Shown piece by piece: positions 35,746 through 50,700 of a DNA stretch of 62,000 nt. The translations under genes were made by a program, and so were the position numbers. The DNA comes from Diadema setosum. Lineage: Eukaryota. The notes below the pieces were generated by a model. It was not told the origin of the DNA, ran no database searches, and worked only from the letters and a program-made list of their open reading frames with translations. The stretch's first letter is position 1; every line of letters starts with the position of its first letter. The DNA is taken from NCBI RefSeq assembly GCF_964275005.1, contig NC_092704.1:32922001-32984000 (forward strand), in the 5' to 3' direction.

Positions 35746-38700
35746 CTAAAATAGGAATAAATGAATAATCGATAGAAAAAAAAAATGAGACATGCAGCCA
35801 CAGTATAACTTTGTGTAATAAGAGTGTAACAATTGTAATAGACATAAAAATCAGTCAACCATTTTGTTTTTGTTAGCTCTTTACGTGCAAAATGTGCAAG
35901 TACGTGACTGCCGTCCTGGGCAGAAGTCCCTGAATCGTGAAATTTGGTAGGATTAAAAAACAAACTAACGCGGGTCTAAACTCGTTGAGCAATGCATTTC
36001 GCTGTCTTGGCACACCACATGTGGTACATTATTACCAAAAAGAATGAGATTCAGCAATGATTGACTGACATTTATTATCATGTTTCATAATATGTGACCC
36101 TGCACCTCAAAACAAACAAAAAGTCGCCAGACAGGAATTTTTAGTTCAGACCATATTCTGAAAGAGCAGACTTTAAGCTTTAAAATGATGTATAACTCAA
36201 ATCAAATTTAATGGACTCTCCTAACCTATCTAAATATTGGAAAGAAGCACAAACTCAGGAAAAGTGTGAACTGAGAAAAGAGGCTCTGAAGTACAGTGTC
36301 TATTCAAGCGCTTAATCTTTACCAAACCGTGCTGGCTGGCGATGAATGGGACAAAAAACAGGAGGTAAACCACCAGAGTAACAACAATGACGGGATTATC
36401 AGATTAAACTGAAATTACGCATGCCTCATTAACACATTCTGTAAATAATTAATGCCAACTTCCAAAGTAGTAGCACTATTCTCTTACAAGTTATTAGAGT
36501 TGAAAGTGAAGAGTGTGGACAAGGTTTTTAAGAAATGAAAAAGGGATTCTAAAGACACACCTAATCACACTATATTCTACCAAAAATGTTCGAGATAAAC
36601 TGCTAAAAAAAAAACACACACACACTTTCCTGCCCGTTTTATGATACCAAATTTTAGCATAATGTAAAAGAAGACCCGTTCTTTCAAAAAATATGAAAAA
36701 GTCAAGTTCGGCTAGGTTGACCCATTTCACTTATTTTCAGTCCTTACGCAAAATCAGTGTGTGCGACTTTATGTTCGTTTTGAGGTGCACGGTCACATAT
36801 TATCTAATTGATGTCATGCAATATTCAAGTCAGATATGATGGTATAGACCATTTCATGAGACTGTAAACGGCAAACAACAGAATGGTATGAAAAACAAAA
36901 TGAACTGACCTTGACAGCTATGGATGGACATTGAGCTGTGAAAAGGAGTGGTCAAGCCGGCAGGACAAGGCAAGCAAGTTGATTGGCCAGAGATAGGTTG
37001 ATAAGTACCACGTTCACATCGGACACAAGGCTCAAATCCGGTGGCTGAATACGAGCCTTGCTGACACAAGGCTAAAAAGACAGGATGGCACTTTAATAAA
37101 CTCCTAAGTGAACCAAAGAGCAGTATGTCTTGCAGCTGCAGTACAAGGGTCTGTTTTCACGTTCATTTGGTTGTTAGTTCGTTTTCACATTATTGTTTGT
37201 TTGCTTATGCGTTTGTTTGTTTGTTTGTTTGTTTGTGCAGGGTCGCACCAGGACTGTGAGCGTCGGTGCCAAAAGTTATTATGGCTACATCACGTGTTTT
37301 AACTCCTTGTCAGGCTGGTTGCATGAACTATTAATATTTTTTATTTCGAGTGCATCTACAGTAACTGGAGGACCTAGTATCAGTATCAATAATTGATCTC
37401 CTTTTCTTCTGCTTTATGCTGGATTTTTAATTACCCAATTTTATTCTAGAAGTAAGGAATGCTGATGACATATGTTCCAAAATTTTCCGATTGCAGTTGC
37501 AAAAGTTATAACTGGCAGGAAATGATAGGTATACAGAATGGCATGCAGTTCATGCACATTAGCTCTTTGGTGGAATTCGGTTGAGGAGAATGAGATAGAA
37601 TAGTCCCTCCAGAATAAAGTTTTGCTCTATCATTTTGCGAAGTGATTATAGTACTGTTTTAGGACTCACCCACACACTGGGATGAAGACCTCGCCCCCTC
37701 TTCTATGGTCCCTCTTCCGTCACCACAAGGCTTACACTCAGTCTGGGCCTGCTGGTCCTGGTAGGTACCCTTCTCACAAGGTAAGCACTCTCCATTGCCA
37801 GAATTACTCCGGAAGAAGTGACCCGCAGGACAAGCAACTGGAAATTGATGCAGATAAATTCTATGGTGTTATCAGAGTCAGTGCGCCATGACAAGGGGAT
37901 ATTTAACCTAAATACAGTAAAAAAATATCATCAAGATCTATTGAAAGACAGTTCACCGGCAGCCCAAGTACACCTATTTACATAATTATGCTGAATCGTT
38001 TAAATACAGGAATCACCCATTGTTTTTTCAGGTGATCCAAAGAAGTTTATTTTTCTATTTCCTTGGAAATTTGCAATTCCTACAAGCTCCAGCTCTCTTT
38101 TAGCTTTAGCTTTCCTCTACGCCTGTCTCTCTGATCTTTTTTATCTAGAAGATGATCAAATTCAGTGAAAAATGCCTTTATGAGAGTTAAAAGAATGATT
38201 TTTTTTTTGTATATTACATATCATGTTCCTGCAATGTACAGTTTATTTTTGAGAAACATAAAGATACACTGAACTGAAAACTGAAACTTCGTTTCGACCT
38301 TGACAACAAAACATCCTTCTTGTAGTCGCTACAGTATGGAGACATAGCAGATGATATTAGAATGATGAAATGCATAATGTTATCTATATCATCCATGATA
38401 TTCACCACACATATGCGTCATTTCATCAGCAACAAAGCCAGCTTCGCAGTCTATGGATGGAGATCCGAGGTGGAGGGATGGGGTGGGACGAGAGTTGGTG
38501 TCATCATCACCAGTAAAGGCTACACCCTTGATTCGGTGATAGATATCATGTGCCAATCTCTCCAGGTTTTTGTGATAGTGATGAGGGGAATCTTCTTCTG
38601 TCAAAGGAGTATCGCTGGACGAATCCTCCAGGACCTAATGGAGATCAATGAGAATAAGATATATTATGCAACAGATCTATTTTGCCTATTTCATCTGACA

Positions 38701-41700
38701 CGAGCACATAATTAGGAAAGTTGCATCATAATATGGGAACGAAAACTACAAAATGGAAACAGATAACCGTTACCCAACATAACATTGTTGGTTACCCATT
38801 TTCTGGATCTATGTCTATGTCAAATACACAAACACATAACTGTGCAAGTTTCCCAATTAATGTATAATTCTACAGCACAAAAAATGATGTTTAGAAGAAA
38901 AGGCAACACGTGACATCCATTGTTACTGTTGCAGTGTACAATATGATACATGCACCTACGTGGAGACCTCTAATTATCGATCATATAGAGTATTCCTGTT
39001 GCTTACCAGTGATATGGTAGCAGTAAAGGTGGTCTTGTTCTGCTCCTGATGCAACACCGTCCCGGCCGCTAGTTCAGGGGCATCTCGTCTCCTTCGAATG
39101 TCCCCTTGCCCACACTCCACCTCCACATTCTCTGCTGTGCACTTCTGATTCTCGGTACAGACCTCTCGGAAAGGACCGGAACTGATGATGTCGATGAACT
39201 TGTCCCTGATAGCTGAAAGAGCATTGCTCTCACCAGATTGACAGGAATCTGCATAGTACATGATCCGAAGCGGTAGGTTGAATCTCCTTGCTTTCCGTTT
39301 GGCTGTCAAAGGAAAAACAGGAAACAAAAGAAGAAAAAAATATACTAAGGCTCTATTTTAATTACTTAACTTATATCCAACTACAATCGATTTTAGAATT
39401 CTTGTATTTGCGGATATTTATTGCTAACAACAATCAGGATAATTGAGAAGACAGAGTATGCACAATGGAACACAGACATGTCAGGTTCATACAAGACGTA
39501 GCAATAATCATATTACTGTAGGTCAAAAGTAGTGAAAGTTTGTTAACTTTAGGGACTACGCTGAGCTCGTTCTCCTCTCACGTTAACAGCACACTTTACT
39601 TAAATCACAAAAATCAAGCTGTGATAGTGTATCTTATAGGCATGCATCTATTAACAGAAAAAAAAAAAACTGATACTGACGCGTTTTGCCACATATTAAA
39701 GTGCATTACACAAATGATACTACAATCATGTTCAAAATGTTGCATAACATATTGCCTCTTGCTTTTGGCCCTGAGTGTAGACTTCAAATCCATCAATGAG
39801 ATAAGCCATGGTGCAAATTAGCATGCATAAGCTATAAGAGGTATTTTGCATGTAAGCCCTTTGAGGGCGGTTGAAGTTTTGGACGAATACCCGACGCTTA
39901 TAGGTAGTTTGTTTACTACTATTAAGTATTAAGATACAGATTTAAGACAAAAGTGCAGTTGCACTGTAAGAAAAAAAAATGAATGCTTGAATGTTCTCTC
40001 TGTAAATATTAAAGGAATTGCACAAACACTCAGTGACAGAGTCCCTATGTGAACTTAACTGCGGAAATTGTCATGGCTGAATCTATAATCCATGAATTTC
40101 GCCAACTATCCTCCACATTCTACCCAACCATTGCGTTGTTTGATTTGACTTGATATTTGTTTTTAGTCGGTCCAATAATAGAATGCCAACTTTGAGAAAA
40201 AATACACGAAAATTTATTTTTTTTAGAAGCATTCGATCTTCCTATTGTTTGTTGTGGCATAGGGAATCATAAAGTGAGGATAGATTATGAATAAGATAAA
40301 GCAGTTTTTACAAGATCATTGAAATAAGATTTATAAGCAAATTTTTATTCTTACACATTTTTTTTGGGGGGGGGGGGGAAACGTGAAAAATCTTCTCAAA
40401 ATAGCATAATGAATTTTAAAACCATATTTTGATTATACACATATTTTCTTTTTTTTGGGGGGGGGAAACAAAAACTCAGTTGAGTTTGTTCAAGTGTATG
40501 TTTTAGTATGCACTCGTAATTATGTGAATGTGTATTTTCAGAGCGTGTATCCACGTGCCTGTGCTAGTTGTGTATCATTTCTTCCTCACCTGAACAATCT
40601 GGAACATTAGGCGATGGAGACCACTGGCCAGAGTTTCCACAAATGTACAAGATGTTTCGCATGGACTTCCCAGATCTAACAACATCATGGTCTTCTTGGC
40701 ACATAATACTGCAATATTTCCCATAGGCAAATGTATCGCAGGCCAGAGAGCCGTGGGTCGGTGTCCGAAGTGGTTGGCAAGGTATAGCTGAAGACAATGG
40801 AAAAAAAAGAGGAGCCAAGATGTTTACTCCATTGCATACTGGTAGCTATAATAGTTTAATACAACCCAAGGGGTTATCGACATTTAGTTGGATATAGCTT
40901 ACTACTTCTCTACAGACTTACTGGAGTGTGGTGTATTTTTTCTTTTGGGTGGTATCTGATACTTGAATATATCAGCTCGAATTGAATGTTACAATGCGAG
41001 CGTCTGTGTGTGTGTGTGTGTGTTTGTGTGCGTGTATTTACTTACGTTTTATGGAAAAGTTCCGTGAGCATTCTGCATAGAGGCCGCTCTGTGGGTCCAT
41101 GACCTGGCACACGAGCTGGTAGTCTCCCCAGGGGACTTGGGCAGGATTGAGCATGTTACAGTCCATGGTGAGATCCACACCAGGGATCTCAAGATAGGAG
41201 GGACTCTCCCAGGGAATACTGATGATTTGAAATTCCGTAATAGAGTCGTTGATGGGTGGACACTCTTCGATTATCGGCTGTACCTCATCTGATACGATAC
41301 ATGGAGATATCAGAGCGTGAAACTTGACCATCAAATTTTAAGTTACCTAACACGAAAGGACTCATTCTTTTTATCATCAAATGCAAACGAATGCATTTTT
41401 TTTTTCATTACATGCTGTAAGATTAGTGGGCCTCAGATCCGAGACGCGAAAGAGGAAGGCGATAATAACTTTACAATAGGCAAACAGTGGTGTTCTGCAT
41501 ATGCGCCAGGCAGCAGTTTTCATTATATACTGATACCTCATATACAGATTCCTCTCATCTGATTGGTTAAAAGTGGAGTCATGAAAATAGCTGTGCCCCA
41601 TTTTTGATCAAGATGACGTCATGATTTACTGTGCCCTGTAAATAGGTTTGGAGACAGTCGCAACCCCGCACACATAGGTCACTCATATGTACGCACCAAT

Positions 41701-44700
41701 GATACGACCGCCGCGCTGTCGATCAGCAATGATTACGAGTACTACGGTATCTATATTTCGGATTCTATATTTTCGGTACATAAAACAAATAATGACAGCT
41801 TGATATTCGGGGCACAGTTAAAATCATGTAGGCCCTCGGTGATGTGAAAACCATAACTATAGTTATGGTTTTCACATAACCTTGGACCCATAATTTTAAC
41901 TGTGCCCCTCACAGCAGTAATTATTCGTACTATCCAATACAACCTGCGTTGTCATAGCGCTCCTCGTCCCAGATCTAAAGCTCGCTAATGCCTGGCACAC
42001 AGGCTTTGATTACATGTGGCACATTCTATCGGGTGAAACTTCCCCAGATAGATACTCCACGGCAGTTTGTGACGTCAAAAGAACAGAACAATGCTTTGTT
42101 AAAATCTCATCATTATGCTGTCCCCACCAGAATCCACAATGTGAAAACATTACAATAGGGATACGCATTTGAATAAGACATTAAGCTCAATTTGAATCTC
42201 TGACTTACTACTGACAGAGATATGGATATCACAGAAGGCGCTATTGTTAGATGAGTCTGTGAACTTGAATCGGCACACTGTGTCTGACACGAAGGTGTAC
42301 GGGGTCCTCAAATCAGGTGGCTCCGTCGTCACGGTGAGATTTGTCCCGTCAACTTCATCCTTCGCAGAGGGGAGGTCAAAGGTCACTTCCACTCCACTGT
42401 ATTCCTTCCGGACAGCCATGATGGGTGCCAATGGACAAGAGAAGACTACAGGAGGGGTGCGATCTTGGGAGTGTCAAGTTGATATAAATTATGTTTAGTG
42501 AAACTGAGTTCACGAATAGGGAGATATAATCCATGATAACACACATTGCACGGGGATGAATTTAAGTTTTGTTCATAAAACATTGATTTGAATAGTCATA
42601 ACTCAAGCGCCATGTCTTTGTTTACTGGCTGGTTGCTGACACGATGTCAGTTTTTCGTTTAATCATGATCTTTAAGTATGACACCCTTTGTCATCTAAAA
42701 GTATCAACACTGTCTAAACTTCAAATTATTGCAACTCCTCAAGTAATAATCCTATTATGTACTTAAAAAGTAGGCTTACTGTTATAATCATTCTACCGCT
42801 TTGATCTTGTTCAAAGCAGCTGCTATTTTTCATCAGATATTTGCAAAAAAAATAATGATGAAATGTACTGATTCTGCAATAATATTGCCGCTAAAATAGC
42901 TTCATACTGTAACAGGGTACCCATGGCACATTCATTTTTTTTTTCCGTGTGTAATCTGCCCCGTTGATATAAACATCATCATTTGAGATATGGAAAGCTT
43001 TATACAGGTGCACTTGGGAAGATGACCGAATAAGAACCTCACCAACACAAAACAGAGACTCCACGTCCAGTGGAATATTCCACACCTCTGAGGCAAGACA
43101 GGTCAAAGTTTGCCCTTCGCCTTCCAAAGTCAAGCCTGAGTCACAGTGAAGTACACAAACGGTTCCTGAGGGAACCTTGTTGGCTAGTGCACAGTCCGTA
43201 GGCGTTACCAGAAGACTTTGGTTCAATCGGAGTGGGGAACACCCAATTACTGCCAGGGACCATGAAAGGTATTCAAAAGGAATACACAGGCAAAATAAAT
43301 GCTGATATGAACCGACATTTGCAAAAGAACCAAAGGGAGCAAACGAAGAACAATTTTGATTTAATTGGTATTTTTTCATTATCTTCTGTGGACCAAATCT
43401 GTGCTTGACCAAAACCTTAATACACACACACAAACACACACACGCACATACACGCAAACATACCTTTGCATCTTATTGAGATATCTGTAAATGTGTCTGA
43501 GATTTTCTTTAAATGCTGATCTCAACGTTAAAATAACCTTTATAACGTCAAAGTAACCTTAATCACTGGATACTTATCTTATCATGAATAAGCATGAATA
43601 AGCAGTATGTATGATAATCTAATATTAGATAGAAACTTTACAATCACACACTTGTCATGCACACGAATTGGAATGCATTGAATTATATGAACACAATAGG
43701 CAATTACAATCAAGAAAAACACACACAGCCAAATTGGATATGTTTCTTTATCTACCCCATTTTGGGTTGCGCATATACACCGCTTAATTGGGTCTCTATA
43801 ATGTTAACATCTACCGTTGATATCACACTGTACTTATGATGGTAAGGCTATACTGACTTTTGGTATTAGTTTTGACCATTTCGCGGAATTTGTAACAAAT
43901 GACTGCAAATATTCTGTCTCAAATTACATAAAAAAGTCGTTTCAATTGAAGGATTTTATTCAATTTATGTAAAGTGTTTGGACCGAAAATATATAAACTC
44001 GTGGCAACGTTCCAAATCAGAGGATTTTTGGCCACAATTGAAGGAGTGCTTTGCGTTATTCTGCTTACCTGTGTGTCTGAAATTCACTCAGCAGATTCTC
44101 AGAGAGGAATACCTACAACCGTTACTGTATAAGATCTGTATCATGCCACTTATATCCATTTTTTTCATTTTCTAATGTTAATGTCAATGTTAATGTTAAT
44201 GTTCGTTTCTAAATTCATTTCGTATTAAATTCTGTTGTCATTCTCATTTGTTGTAATTCTGACAGCGCAGACAGAGACAATTATCTTTTGCCATATAGAG
44301 AAATTTTGGGCATAGGAATTACACAATATTGCCAGCTATATCATCGTTTTTATTTGTTATTACCTTCACAGATTGGATCCTGCTCAAAGTACCAAAAGGT
44401 GTCATTGCCATTAAATTCACAGCTCCCTCTTCTCGATCCAATAAGCTTGTATCCAGCAGAACAGGAGACTGTGCATTCTCCCCCATAGGTATCGTTGCAG
44501 GCCTCTTCGATGGTGCCGTGGATGGGTGGGACTAAAGACTGGCAACGTCGAACTGGAATGGAACATACTAATAGTTACACTGTTGGTTCCATTCACATCC
44601 GTGACTGAATTGAGGGTATAGCAATCTAAAAAATGATTAATAACAATACATTGTTAAATGTGCAGCACCTGCAAACGGTCATGATAGCAATCGACGGAGA

Positions 44701-47700
44701 ATAACCTCAGTACGTTATTGGACAAAATCCTAAACGAAAAATCCGTACGTAAGAAGATCACTATAATCTTGGTCCCGCGTGGGATTGTCCATGAACTGTG
44801 AAAGGTGAAGTTTATTGCATTGGGCTGTCAAGGTTGGTCGTATAGACTTCAGCACGGAGACGGTGCGGATGTCTATATGAAAAGCTATCTGAGGGACAGT
44901 GTGTGTTAACTCCTTGAAAGCAGAGATCTAAGGAGCTACGGAACAGATAGCCCCCATCCATGGTATGGTATACGGGCAGACAAACGTCTGACTGCTTACC
45001 TTTGACCTCCACAGTGAAACTGCAGTCATTTTCATTACCAGCATCATCCCTAGCACTGCAGGTGACTTGGTATATACCACGGGTCATGAGCCCGGGTTGA
45101 AGGTCACAAGACAAGGTAGGCTCGAGATCACTGTTGTCCTTTGCAGTGGCATTCCAGCTGACGAGCGCTGTGTCCGAGCTCCTAGGCGCATAAACCACAA
45201 CCTCTGATGGACACTGGACGAACGTCGGTGGCTGAATATCTGCAAAAGTCCATACAGAGCACACATTTGTTCCATGTCAATGGTGATCATTATTTACAAG
45301 CACGTTAGAGCTGTTCTCATTTTCTTGAAAAAAAAAAATGCCTACACCTTGCAAAAAAAGGCTCAACAGACCGTTGCACAGAAGAGGCTAAAACTGTAGA
45401 AGAACTACTGAAAATATCACGGACTTATCGCAAGTTTGAATTTTTCAGGACTACAGAGAAAGAAGAAATTGACCATGATTGAGATTTCAATCCAACAAAT
45501 TAACATTCATCGGGTATGTAAATTATGATTGTATCTCCACCGCGATTCATTTCTAACTTCTAAAATGTGAAATTTGAGACATGATTATATCAGGATCCAA
45601 ATATTTCTCCATCCAAACCAGTATCACATTACCAGAAATCATGACCTCTTTCTGTATATTTTCCTTCCTAAGAACGCGACCTGGAGTCTAAGCTCTAAAA
45701 AACAGAAACGGCACTTGTGTATAATGTATTAATTGTTATCATTGTGTCACTATAAAGTCCATCACAAACGGTCAAGTGAAAGTACATGTAATTGAAGGTC
45801 AAAAGTAGGCCTACTCACCTTTGCATTCTGCCACAATTATGTTACGGCTCCAAGTTTGTGTGCCAGTGCATGTTGTTTCCCCATATTCGGATGGAACTAT
45901 TTGAAAACCTGACCTTTGACATTCCACTTGACACGTGTCTTGGTAACGTGGGTCAGAGAGACACGTGGAAGGTGTGATGGAGAGGACGTCTGTCTCAATC
46001 AATGGACTGCAAGCTTTTCCTGCACAGGAACAATTTCCATTAGTATAAATAATTCCTGCTGCACTGTGCATTAAATGTTTCTGGCATCATACGGTATTAG
46101 CAGGTAGCATGACATGATTGTTTTTTTTTTTTTTCAGTAGCTAGATTTACCCTCGAGCGCCTTTTCTTCTTTGTGCTCATATTATTACATGAAATCAGTA
46201 AATGTTGGCACGAAACGAAACGCTTATAGCCGACATATTCTCCATCTGTGACTTTGTAACTAGGTTTTTTAAGCTTTACCCTTCTGTTTGTAGAAAAAAA
46301 AAATCCACATGTTTGCTTGTTTCGTTTTCATTAATTTTTTTCTTTTCGATTTGTCTTTCAAAATAACATTTCTTCTGGATTTTCCTGCCTGCCTGTACCG
46401 GGGCAAAGTGACCTCAAGCCTCTCACCACCATGAATTTGCATCAAAATTACACTTGATTCTTGTATCAAAATTACACTTGATTCTTCTATGTCACGAGGA
46501 ATACTGGACAAAGGTATTATAAAACGCTCGGAAAAGGCATTTTTTGTTGTACCATGTTAGTTACATTCTACATGCATTGGGAGACAAACTTTTTGGGGTG
46601 GAAGCATAAAAAATGCATGTCAACAAACACTCAAATTGTTTAATGGCTATAAATGAAGCATATCAACATGCAATGAAATGCATCTAATAAGAATGCTCGG
46701 AATGTTCACCTAAAATAACTACATATTCAATTTGATTCATATAAATGCTTACTGTGCGATAAACTGTAGTTCCTCGCAAAGTATTGGAGCAAAAGTGCAC
46801 ACACATACAGCAATGAATGAATCTATACAAGTACAAACTTAACCATAAAAAGAAGTACGCAAGTTTCATAGCATCAGGTAGAGACTCACGGTCACAGGTG
46901 AAGTTGGTGCTTGACCACACTCCATCGGCCAGACACCTCGTGCGGATATCACCCACACCAACAAAGCCGTGAGGACACTGCATGGTACATTCAGATCTAT
47001 ACAGCACTGGGGACGTGGGGTCACACCCTACCACTGTTGCAGGGTATGTCGGGAGGAGAGGTGGGCAAGATTGAACTGCAAGGGAGAATGACGATAAATT
47101 CGTAGGGTAAATGTTATCTTGCAAAATTTCTCAGATAATAGGTTGCAAAGGCAGGATTAAACATTTGTTCTCTTTCAAATTAATGAAGAATCTGTAATTT
47201 GAAATGGTTTACCTTATGTTGATAATTGTAATACATTTTGGGGAAGCTGTCAAAATTCCGTAGGGATAAGATACAAAAAATCTTACATAAATATGCCAGG
47301 ATGATTATGAATAAAGATTATAATACGTCTCAAACTTCCTTGTTACTAATGCTCAAATTGCAATCAGTTGAGCAGGATATAATCTTTCTATAATGTCCTT
47401 CTTTTTGAAATGTAAAAATTATCTAACTCCCACTTACAACTATTAATATGTAAACAAAATGTTAGTAATAGAACACGTTATTCTTTGATATGCCCCCTTC
47501 AACCACCCCCCCCCCCCTCCGTTGGACAGAATATAAAATAAATTCTTCTTGCATAACTCGGAGCCAGTTTGCACAATGCATTCCCTGCAAATGTTAAAAC
47601 ATTTACATCCGTTTGTGGATTAAAAAAACCCCACATACAATGGTCCAAATCCTTAGTGATTCAATTGATTTGTAACAGCGCTTTAGTCCTATTTATTAAC

Positions 47701-50700
47701 ATAAAGTTATTCTTCATTAATCCACTCTCGATTTGTGTAGTGCACTATTTTATCTTTGACTATATCTTGTATTTTTTTTTTTCGTGTAGAATGATCTATG
47801 TCATTACTGCAGGACGCTGTTGGAATGCAGTTTGAAAAAAAAAATATAAACAAACCAACCTTGCAGTATAAAATGAATAAAACAAAATGGAAATAAATCA
47901 ATGAATAAACAAAATCAATACATGAAAGTCCGAATGAATGAATATAGATAAATTATTTAATTAAACAATGCAAATAATAAATAAATACAAATAAATACAT
48001 GAACATATATTGAAATACGTAAATAGTTAATTCTTTCACTATTTGAACATTATTAAATACCAGTCGACCATATCCAAATATCTCTTTCACCTTGAAGAAA
48101 AAACAGAACTGGAATATTTTGGGAGTTCAACTTTACTTTTTCACTGACATGTGGCAAATGGTAATTTGCAGTATGACTTCTGTTGACTGGTCCAGTTTCT
48201 GTTGTTATTATTAACAAAGAGACCCCCCCAAAAAAAAAAAAAACAAAAACAAAAACAAACAAACAAACAAAACAAAAAAAAATCCCACAGATTTTAACAT
48301 CATGTCTAAATATTTGCAGACGTGAATATATAAATGACACCACAATTATGTTCGGGCACACCACATTTGTTAATAAAGAGGTCAACTGGTATCATGCCAA
48401 TGTGAACAATTATGACCCTGCGTCATAAATTCAGCACAATTTCGTATATAACGGCTGTTGAAAGCTACCCTGAGCTACAATAGAATGTAAACTTTGCCCA
48501 CTTTGGCAGACTGGAGGAGCGTCTTCCCATGCAGGGCTTCCATCGCTTGACAAGTCACATGACACAGCAGATGGTCCAATCAGATCGTAGCCTTCATCGC
48601 AAGAGAAAGAACATCTGCTGCCATAGAATGGATCCGTACAGTTGACCACTGAGCCATGGAGAAGAGGTTGCTGTATAGGGCATCTATGGACTAACAACAA
48701 ATTGTGTAAAATTGCCTTAAAACCACTTGGATAGCATTTCGACTCTTATATGAATCATTATTTTTAAGGTTCTGCTTTGAATCTTACCAATGCGCATAAA
48801 TTGAATGGAAGACTATGACTACGTGAACCAAATAAGGTAATATTGATTAATTCATGTCTAAGCTGAGATTGTGTAGGAAGCAGTTTGCAAAACTAACAAA
48901 GCGAAAACTGATGAAAATCAAATAAACATTCTATTAACAGTTTAAAAATAACACGTAGGACAAGATCTTTTCAAGTTTTCTACAATGTAAATCTAGGAGT
49001 ACGTATCGTATGCATTAGCTCACCTTGTACTGTAATTGTTATTTCACACCTTGATGTCAGCCCAGCAGCATCAGTTGCAACGTAGCCAATGACTGTTACT
49101 CCCTCTGGAAATAAGCTTCCTGGTCGATAATGATTATTCAGTCTTCGTGGATTACCGGGGAAGACACGAAAGGAAAAATAGAGGAGGGGGGGGGGGGGCG
49201 ATGAAGTCACGTTCCATAATCATGCTGACAGACGTAGGAGGTTTTTAACAAGCAAAATGAAAATTACATTATATTTGATTACGGCACTTACAAGCATTCT
49301 TCTGAGACACATAAATCATCTGACAATGAATAATATGTATATATATACATATATATATATATATCATATTGACCTGCAAATAACTCCGGAAGATAAGAAT
49401 TGATTCTCCCCCTCAATAAAATAAAAAAAGAGAAAACCAATAACAACAAAATTTGATACCATCATCCATTCACTAATTTTAATAACCCGATGCACTTTAT
49501 TCACATGACTATTACGAAAGCACAAATAAAAGGAAATATTCTTTGAACAAAGGACACACTGGATCACAAACAAACAATAAAGTTTAAAAGCTTGGTATCA
49601 ATTTACGAAAAACAACATATTATTTTTTGCTATAAGAAAACACACCGTCTTTTCTATTTGACAGTTATTAAACATTGCTCAAACATCAATTTGATGAAGT
49701 TATTTGTCGCCCAGCATGTCATCCACTGTGCTTTGTTCTCTGATCAGCAAAATTCTAGAAAGTATTTCAAATCAATCTAAAAAAAGAAAAATAAAACAAA
49801 AACAGAGGCATAATTACTTGCTGACATCTACATTGCCCGAGTTATCACTAGGAATCGGGTCCTGGAAGTAAACAATACTCGATGTGGTTCCCTTGGGAGC
49901 AAAGATCCTGATCTCAGGGGGGCAGCTTGAGTTAAAGTTCGGTGGCTGGATATCTGATTGCGGGAGTAAACATAGCAATCATTAAATCCATTGTCAAATT
50001 ATTGGTACATCACAATAAAGTCGATTATTGTTCAGTACCTAATGGTCTGCAGATCACCGGCAAGTTAAAGATGAAAATGTAGACAATTGGAACAAATTAT
50101 GAAAGCCTGCAAGCAGACATGTTTTGTGTGTCAAAATCTGGATGATACTAATAATGGGGGCTAACTACTTGAGACATGTGCTTAGTTCAACAGTCTTATA
50201 AGCCCATATCAGTGTCAAATCCAAAAGATCTTTACCTATACATGTTGGAGCTGACGGGTGTGTCCACTGGCCCTCGGTGTTGCAGATAATATTCGCCGGT
50301 CCCTCCAGCCGGAATCCATCGTCACAGGCAAAGGAGCAGGTGGTACCAAACAGTACGGGATACCCACCGCTGCACTCCTGGGGCGTCACGGAGCCGTAGG
50401 GGATGCCAAAATTTCCGGGGCATGTCTTTGGTTCTGGAATAAAACAATTTCGTTACTCTTACAATGCCCTGCACCATATTGTCTGCATTGAAAGCACTGA
50501 AACTGAAAATATGCAAGGCAATATCACTGCCAAATCATGCAATTAATTTTTCCGTGCTTATATTTCAGTTATTTTAATTAGCCCTTATTTACCATGAAAT
50601 GAATCTTAGTATGCCACAATTAGACCAATAATGCATTCTGTGCATAGAAGGCTATCTTCTGCTAATGTAGTGAAGAAATCAACCTTCCAAATGCAGTGAT

